Assembly: GCA_965209155.1 (NCBI GenBank)
Contig: OZ242383.1
Coordinates: 3,040,001 to 3,104,000, forward strand
DNA: 64,000 nt
Reading direction: 5' to 3'
Source: a bacterium
GTDB taxonomy: Bacteria > SAR324 > NAC60-12
The position numbers and the translations under genes are program-made. The notes under the pieces are model-generated. The model did no database searches. It had not been told where the DNA came from and saw only the letters and a program-made list of their open reading frames with translations. Shown one piece after another: positions 57,816-64,000 of this stretch; position 1 is the stretch's first letter; every line of letters starts with the position of its first letter.

Positions 57816-58057
57816 GCTCTAACACGCTGTCAGCTCCTCTCTCCTCCAAGGAATGGGGGGAGGGTATCGCAAGGAGTTTCATCAAGGAAATACAATCGAG
57901 AAAATAAAAGACAAATTAATATTTGCCCCCTTTCCAATACCCATTTCAAATTCCTGATCAGAACAATTAATTAATCTCATTAAACCACCAGCTCTGCTGG
58001 TGCGAACCTAATAGGCTTTGCCGGTCAGTCATGAGAAACGTATCCGTGTCCGTGGGC

Positions 58058-58458
58058 CGTGCTCGTGCTCGTGAACGGTCAGTGAAATCGACGGCACATT
58101 TTGGTTAACATAGAAACAATGCGATGAAGTAACTGTTTTCCTTCGTCAAATAAAGAAGGCTGGATGATCTTCAACACGTTTAAAACATCGAGAATAGTAG
58201 CGCATTCCATTACGGAACCTCGGGCAAACGCATAGAATCGTTGCTTGTCAGGAAGGGAATTTTTTCCACAGCCTTCTGCGATATTGAGAGAAATCGACCA
58301 TGAGGCCCTTTTCAGTTGGTCAACTAAGGCTGAGTATCCTTTTGGCAATGTTTCGATGACTTGGACAGATAACGCTAAAAATTCGATGGAACATGGGTAT
58401 ACATCGAGTTTTTCATGATCTAACATGGCAGCCTTTTTCGTTCACGAGCACGAGCACG
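58058..58458. repeat. Perfect 20-bp inverted repeat flanking the four-helix-bundle gene
   Basis: CGTGCTCGTGCTCGTGAACG (58058-58077) and CGTTCACGAGCACGAGCACG (58439-58458). Confidence 0.9.
58079..58426 (-). CDS. Four-helix-bundle protein (23S rRNA IVP / Avd-like)
   Basis: HEKLDVY, DQLKRAS.SI..NIAEG, FARGS..EC. Confidence 0.88.
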   Translation of the reverse strand: MLDHEKLDVYPCSIEFLALSVQVIETLPKGYSALVDQLKRASWSISLNIAEGCGKNSLPDKQRFYAFARGSVMECATILDVLNVLKIIQPSLFDEGKQLLHRIVSMLTKMCRRFH

Positions 58459-58533
58459 TCTTACGATGACGAACACGTTTTGCCCCCATCCTGGGGGCCT
58501 CTTCAAGCCACCGGCAGAGCCGGTGGTGATGAC

Positions 58534-59166
58534 TTCATCCTCCCGGCCGTAAAGCCCCGGGGCGATCTGCAGTTCTTTAGGCATATCATGGCGGCCCAGG
58601 GGGAAGTCAGGCAGGCTCCCCTGGTTTTCCAGTTGCTCCACACATGCCAGGAGATCGGCTGAAAGGCCCGAGTGACTCTGGTAGCGCGCTTCGGCACGCT
58701 TGGCCATCAGTTTCATCACCATATTAGAAAGGGTTTTGAGCACCTGCGGCGCCTTCTGGTCAAGGGATAGAGGCTGCCGGGCATTGTGAGCGTGGACGAT
58801 TTCCATGACCTCCCGGGATTGGAATGGTACTCTCCCGCTGAAAAGTTCATAGAGGGTGACCCCCAGGGAATAAAAATCACTGCGATAATCGAGTACCCGG
58901 TTCATCCGGCCGGTCTGATCGGGGGAGATATAGGGCAGGGATTCCCCGCTTAGCCGGGGACTCAACGTCGTCAAATTTTCCTTAGGCAACCGGGTGGCCA
59001 GACCGAAGCCGGTCAGTTTGACCGTTCCCGATGCCGGATCGACAAAAATATTGAACGGATTGATCATTTTATGCAGGATGTCCCGCTGGTGCACTTCTTT
59101 CAGGGTGCCGGCCAGTGAAACCGCTACCTTCAGCGAGTCCAGCAGGTCGAGCCGGGCGGTATCCAT
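58534..59166 (-). pseudogene. Fragment of a hybrid Ser/Thr kinase-AAA sensor
   Basis: HKMINP.NI, KLTGFGLA, YISPDQTGRMNR..DYRSDFYSLG, RYQS, LYGREDE. Catalytic Asp residues are altered and the gene is cut at the start of the AAA domain. Confidence 0.8.
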
Positions 59167-59176
59167 CAGCTTTCTT

Positions 59177-59385
59177 AAATAGATAGCAATTCCTCTGCAA
59201 TGTCAGAAGCTCAATCGTGTTGATCAAGCGGATAGACAGTAAACAAATAGAACGCAATCTGTCAACGGAATTGTTTTTCGGGTGGATGGCCGAATCCAGG
59301 AGAGATGAAATGAGGAGTAGCTTATCGAACTTGGGTCTAATTGCGATACCAAATAGATAGCAATTCCTCTGAAATGTCAGGAGCT
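59177..59385. repeat. 35-bp direct repeat pair (33/35 identical)
   Basis: AAATAGATAGCAATTCCTCTG(C/A)AATGTCAG(A/G)AGCT at 59177-59211 and 59351-59385. Confidence 0.8.
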
Positions 59386-59938
59386 GGATTGCCACAGGTG
59401 CTATCGTTTTGTATAATTTTTGATTTTCCGATGTTGCTGGCGTAGGACTCCGCTTTTCTGATGTGTTATTCCTGCAGTTCCGGAGAGCGGTCCATTAGAA
59501 TAACTGACCGGACCAAAGCTTCCCCAAAAACATCTGCCAAGGGACGATTTCGATACCATCCCTGGTTATCCTTTCATTTAAATCCAATGAGACAACCAGA
59601 TAGCGCTGCAACAAACCTTCTTCCTTCAACGCCCGTAGTCCTTTCAGGTGATTTTCGCTTAAATAGGTCCCCACGTAACTTGCCAGCTCTTCCTCTGCAT
59701 CCGGATTGCCTTATATGTAAGGAAGACCGCCTGTATTGAGGTAGGTCAGCAAATCGAAATCCGGGATCTCTGAAAAGGTTAGCGGGAACAAGTAAAGCTA
59801 AGGTCGCTACAAATTTTTGATTTTTCTACTATGTAGAGACCTATTTCGAGGACTTTTTCCCGTCCGGGGCGGGAAGGATCGGGCAAAGATGGCCTGAAGA
59901 CGGGATGCGAAAATGTGAAGTTATTTTTGAGTGAGCCC

Positions 59939-60790
59939 TTAGTCCTTGACGGTCAGGTATATCCCGTGGGGGTCTATCTGGTTCCTGATCATGTCGACTT
60001 CTTGCTCGGAGGGCCGCTCAGTCTCAGGGACTTTCTCGGGTATGACCAGGTCAAATCCCGTGTTCTCCTTGACACGCTCAACAGTGACGCCGGGATGCAC
60101 CGAAACCAGTCGCATCTGTTTGGTCGTCTCTTCAAAGTCTAAGGCAGCCAGGTTAGAGTAAACCTTGATCGCCTGCTTTGGTGGGAGGCCTGCCTTTTCC
60201 CTGGAGTCGCCGCCCTTCAGATAGCCGACGCTTGAAATGAAGTCGGCCTTTTCGACGAAGACCCTCTTCTCATGGGAGTGCTGGAGAATAAAGCTGGTCT
60301 CGGCGAACATCATCTGTTCCGGCTGTGCCTGAAGCTGCCCCAGGAAGACCTTTGGTTTATGGTAGTCCCCGATGAAGGTACAATTGAGGTTGCCGTATTG
60401 GTCTACCTGCGCCCCGGCTGAGAAGGCATTGGTGAGTCTGGGACAATGTTCGAGCCCCGGATTGACTAAGTTTGGCCACGTCCCCACTATCCCCTCCGAC
60501 CTGATCTTCGGAGAACGCATTTCCTCTCTATTACGCGTTTCATCTATCCTACGGTTAAAAGTGATGCCATCGATCCAGTAGTAGTTCGGTGCATAACCCA
60601 TCCTTTTTGCCAGGGTGACCGCAACCATGGGGATTCCTATGATGTAAGTGAATGACCTCCCGGCTCCCCTCGTTACCCCGATGTGCGCCTGTCCGTAATC
60701 CTTCATCTGTCGAGCAATATTCACAGCGATGAGTTCTGGAATGGTACAATCTTTTGCGTAAACCTTTTTCTGCATATCAAACTCTCCCAA
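59939..60790 (-). CDS. Family I CoA-transferase-like beta subunit
   Basis: GAQVDQYGNLN, RVFVEKADFISSVG, SVHPGVTVE..ENTGFDL, IDPHG. Confidence 0.85.
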   Translation of the reverse strand: MGEFDMQKKVYAKDCTIPELIAVNIARQMKDYGQAHIGVTRGAGRSFTYIIGIPMVAVTLAKRMGYAPNYYWIDGITFNRRIDETRNREEMRSPKIRSEGIVGTWPNLVNPGLEHCPRLTNAFSAGAQVDQYGNLNCTFIGDYHKPKVFLGQLQAQPEQMMFAETSFILQHSHEKRVFVEKADFISSVGYLKGGDSREKAGLPPKQAIKVYSNLAALDFEETTKQMRLVSVHPGVTVERVKENTGFDLVIPEKVPETERPSEQEVDMIRNQIDPHGIYLTVKD

Positions 60791-61658
60791 TATGTCTCAA
60801 TTCCATCAATCTTTCCAGGCCAATGAGATTTAGATAGCCCCAGTGATCCTCTATGCCAAAAACAAACTTATCCATATATTCCTTGAACCCCTTTGCTTCC
60901 TGAGCCATCTCAACGTACTTGGTGAGGTGATCCTGATCGGCCTCGTAGTAGGGGTCCCACTCTCCTTCAAGGCTATAGGGATGGACTCCAAAGGGAACCT
61001 TCACCACAGCATCCACTAACGATCCAGGTATCGCCGTTTTATGAGGAAACCGCATGACCTCATCATTACTGATTATCTCCTCCACCGTGATGATCGTCTT
61101 CGAGGCCATCAACGCCGGCTCAAATAAGGGGCCATATCCATTGAACATCTGCACGGTTCCTTCGGGAGAGGCGGCTACCGCGTGGGATATAAATACATCT
61201 ATTTTGGGTGCGCGCAACACCACGTGTTTTTCGCCCGTAAAGGGGCATACAATCTCCTGGGCATCCCCCATCTCCTCCAAGGACTTAAAAACATCTGTTT
61301 TCAGGAGACTCCTCTGAACCGCGAAGGTGTTCCCTAAGCCCACGGCCCGTACCATCTCCATCCAAGCCGCCTCTGAATGGGGCGTTGCTTTTATTTCGCC
61401 CCTCTCCACAGCCCTACGGAAGTTAGGAGCGTTGAGATAGTCGAACGAATGGCATTTGTATCGCTTGACACGGCTAAGTCCCGCCAACATGTCAAGGGCT
61501 TGCGCGGGGGCCTCTGCTCCTTCTATGAATAGATTGGTTGCTCCCTGCCTGATAATCTCACGAACCATCGCCATCGCTGGGATTTTGTCGGATAGATTTA
61601 CCGTATCTCCGGTCTTGACCAGTTTTGCTGCTTCTGAAATACTTAAAACTTTAGTCAT
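60777..61658 (-). CDS. Family I CoA-transferase-like alpha subunit
   Basis: PAMAMVREIIRQG, CPFTGE, IITVEEI, VDAVVKVPFGVHP. Confidence 0.85.
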   Translation of the reverse strand: MTKVLSISEAAKLVKTGDTVNLSDKIPAMAMVREIIRQGATNLFIEGAEAPAQALDMLAGLSRVKRYKCHSFDYLNAPNFRRAVERGEIKATPHSEAAWMEMVRAVGLGNTFAVQRSLLKTDVFKSLEEMGDAQEIVCPFTGEKHVVLRAPKIDVFISHAVAASPEGTVQMFNGYGPLFEPALMASKTIITVEEIISNDEVMRFPHKTAIPGSLVDAVVKVPFGVHPYSLEGEWDPYYEADQDHLTKYVEMAQEAKGFKEYMDKFVFGIEDHWGYLNLIGLERLMELRHIGRV

Positions 61659-61720
61659 ATTCTTTTCCCATATTCTTATATTGTAACTGAGCGTTCGCTA
61701 GTTTTTATGGCAAAAAAGAT

Positions 61721-63322
61721 CTAGACACCGATCTTTTCTCGCTTTACTTTGATTCCTACAGCCTCCCGATCCCAAGTATCGGGAGTGATTCCTGCCTCTT
61801 TGAGCAGGTTTTTTTGTACTTTCTGGGTGGGGGTTTTGGGCAATTCGTCGACAATCCGAATGAATCTGGGCAGCATGAAGTGAGCCATACGCGGTTGGAG
61901 AAAATGGAAGAGCTCCCTGGGATCGATCTGCTGGTCCGACACCGGAGCCACCACCACCATCACTTCGTCCTCGCTAAGCTCACTAGGGACGGGAATCGCC
62001 GCCGCTTCACGTACTGTGGCGAAAGCGGTGACCTCGCTTTCCACTTCAAAAGAAGAAATATTCTCACCACGGCGACGAATAGCGTCTTTGATGCGATCAA
62101 CAAAGTAAAAATACCCATTCTCGTCATATTTGAAAGCGTCCCCTGTGTGGAACCAACCGTTACGCCAGGCTTTAGCGGTTGCTTCCGGATTCTTGTAATA
62201 ACCATGGTTCATCGCCCACGGACGGTCGGTTCTTAAGATAAGCTCACCGGTGACCCCAGGACCGACCTCGCAATCGTTTTCATCAACGACACGAGCTTCT
62301 ACGCCCTCACGGACTTTCCCGCAAGTACCGCTTCCCGGCGGATAGGGTTCTGAAATAATGGGCAAGGATATTTCTGTCATGTTGAAACAGGTGCGCATTT
62401 CGAGACCATAGCGACGCCCTACTGCCATGGCATCCTCATTCCAGGGAATGCAGACGGCTTTCTTCAAAAAAAGATCATTGTCATGAGGGCCTGGTGGTAA
62501 TTTCAGGAGGAACGGGATCATTGCGCCCACCAGATAGGTCATAGTGGTTTCATTCTCGTGGACGGTCTCCCAAAATTCGTTAGTTTTGAAATAAGTGTCT
62601 AAAAAACAAGAACCTCCACTGGCAAGGGTGGTGATGAAATTGATCGTCCCGCCGACATGGAATATAGGCAGGTTGGTCAAAATCCGATCGCTTTCTTCAA
62701 TAAAATCGCTAGAATCCGGCCCCATGGAATAGCCTTGAAGATAAGAAGAAAGCACCGCTTTGGAGGGGCCAGTGGTGCCTGAAGTGAAGATAATATACTG
62801 CGTATCCCAGGGCTCGACCATTTCCGGCATCTCCGAGAGACCTTGATCGGAGATGAGAGCAGATGCTGGATGAGGGGTCAGGTTTGGTAATGAGGTTTTC
62901 CCATGGGTGATGATGACATCCCGTAGCAAGCCTGTATCGATGTCATTCAGACGCGGGGCAAGATCGGCATGACAAACCATCAATTTGGCATCGGATAATA
63001 GCACCACATGTTGCAGAAGTGTGCCTTTATAAGCGGTGTTCACCGGCACATAGACCGCTCCTAAATAATTGAGACCAAACCAAGTGAGGACCGCTTCCCG
63101 ATTGTTCGGTTGCCAGGAGAGCACATGATCGCCTTTTTTGACACCCATTGCTTGAAGCCCCTTGGCTGCACGTTGTGTCAATTCTAAAGTTTGACGCCAG
63201 GTCCATATCTCGCCACCATAAAACATGATTGCAATTGCCTCAGGCTTCTGGAGCGCCCAGCGTTCGATTTGATAACCAAGAACGCAAAGGTCTCGCTCTG
63301 GGATACGAGGGTCATAAATCAT
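61721..63322 (-). CDS. Acyl-CoA ligase (crotonobetaine/carnitine-CoA ligase-like)
   Basis: FTSGTTGPSK, GWFHTGD, DRIKDAIRRRGENISSFEVE, LPKTPTQK. Confidence 0.9.
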   Translation of the reverse strand: MIYDPRIPERDLCVLGYQIERWALQKPEAIAIMFYGGEIWTWRQTLELTQRAAKGLQAMGVKKGDHVLSWQPNNREAVLTWFGLNYLGAVYVPVNTAYKGTLLQHVVLLSDAKLMVCHADLAPRLNDIDTGLLRDVIITHGKTSLPNLTPHPASALISDQGLSEMPEMVEPWDTQYIIFTSGTTGPSKAVLSSYLQGYSMGPDSSDFIEESDRILTNLPIFHVGGTINFITTLASGGSCFLDTYFKTNEFWETVHENETTMTYLVGAMIPFLLKLPPGPHDNDLFLKKAVCIPWNEDAMAVGRRYGLEMRTCFNMTEISLPIISEPYPPGSGTCGKVREGVEARVVDENDCEVGPGVTGELILRTDRPWAMNHGYYKNPEATAKAWRNGWFHTGDAFKYDENGYFYFVDRIKDAIRRRGENISSFEVESEVTAFATVREAAAIPVPSELSEDEVMVVVAPVSDQQIDPRELFHFLQPRMAHFMLPRFIRIVDELPKTPTQKVQKNLLKEAGITPDTWDREAVGIKVKREKIGV

Positions 63323-63415
63323 TGAAGTACCTCCTATTCATTTGACTGTCTTATAGTATTCCAGATAATTATTTTGTCGGTCTCTTTTTTCGGAGAAGCC
63401 TGGGAGGCAAGCGGA

Positions 63416-64000
63416 TTATTCTTTGGTAGCACCCAATGTCAACCCTGCAATGAAATGTTTCTGCATGAGAAAGAACATGATCACTGGAGGCAATGCAGCG
63501 ACAATCGAGCCTGCTGAAATGAGATTCCAAGAAGTGATCCATTGCCCTCGAAGGGCATTCAACCCTGCCGTGACCGGACGCACTGAATCACTTTGCACCA
63601 AGACTAAGGCCCAAAAATAATCATTCCAAATAAAAGTGAATTCTAATACCGCCAAAGCAGCCATGGCAGGGCGAACCAGGGGAACGATGATTTGTAAAAA
63701 TATCCGAAATTCACTGGCTCCATCAATCCGAGCCGACTCCATCAAACTGTCAGGAAGGGTTTTGATAAAATTTCTCAAAAACAACGTACAAAATCCTGTT
63801 TGAAAGGCAATGTGAAAAATCACCAACCCTGTCAAGGTATTGAAAAGCCCGGTTTGAATGGTCAATTCTCGCACAGGAATCATTAAGATTTGGAAAGGAA
63901 CAAAATTGCCTCCAATAAAGATGGAGAACATCGCAATGTTTCCCCGGAATCGGTATTTCGCCAAGGCGAATCCTGCGAGAGAGGAAGTGATCAAGACTCC
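63416..64000 (-). CDS. Carbohydrate ABC transporter permease (MalG-like), 5' end beyond the window
   Basis: ESARIDGASE EAA motif, WNDYFW, QKHFIAGLTLGATK. Confidence 0.9.
   Translation of the reverse strand, partial: GVLITSSLAGFALAKYRFRGNIAMFSIFIGGNFVPFQILMIPVRELTIQTGLFNTLTGLVIFHIAFQTGFCTLFLRNFIKTLPDSLMESARIDGASEFRIFLQIIVPLVRPAMAALAVLEFTFIWNDYFWALVLVQSDSVRPVTAGLNALRGQWITSWNLISAGSIVAALPPVIMFFLMQKHFIAGLTLGATKE

Larger units (their letters stand above)
57981..58533. mobile_element. Candidate non-autonomous IS200/IS605-like element carrying a four-helix-bundle gene
   Basis: Subterminal hairpins CACCAGC-TCT-GCTGGTG (57986-58002) and CCACCGGC-AGA-GCCGGTGG (58508-58526), ending TGAC. The right end abuts the truncated kinase. 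Confidence 0.5.

Noticed and set aside
58079..58426. Diversity-generating retroelement (Avd-like gene)
   Set aside because: No reverse transcriptase and no TR/VR pair differing at adenines found in the window.
59177..59385. 35-bp repeats as a mini CRISPR
   Set aside because: Only two good copies, the 139-bp gap is too long, and a possible middle copy near 59245 is too degenerate.

Overview
Bacterial genomic window. The host may be a deltaproteobacterium-like (possibly SAR324-like) organism, but that is only an impression from the housekeeping proteins. All family assignments come from motif recognition by eye, with no database search. Four zones. (1) 1-13 kb is a decaying accessory region: integron gene cassette(s) with a clear attC but no integrase in view, several toxin-antitoxin pairs and remnants, a group II intron 3' remnant, a decarboxylase pseudogene, and two paralogous peptide-type ABC modules. 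The two modules share a duplicated sigma70 promoter/leader and an in-frame tandem hairpin repeat with stacked start codons. (2) About 17.1-38.5 kb is a ~21 kb anti-phage defence island. Its core is SNF2 helicase-DUF3883 + DUF1156 adenine methylase + DUF499 ATPase (restriction-like). Nested in it are an aspartic protease, a Menshen-like trio, a nucleoside-deoxyribosyltransferase-like protein whose SSB-like tail (FDDELPF) sits just out of frame behind an (AG)4 run, an OLD-like nuclease and an ABC-ATPase/TOPRIM pair. A MAD3/MAD4-like remnant closes the island. (3) 38.5-57.4 kb is housekeeping and metabolism (pdxJ, sirtuin, long ICL2-type isocitrate lyase, bamD, glyQS, rpsI, rplM). (4) 57.5-64 kb holds IS debris, including a candidate IS200-ended element carrying a four-helix-bundle gene inside a perfect 20-bp inverted repeat, then a CoA-ligase/CoA-transferase-like cluster and a sugar ABC permease cut by the window edge.
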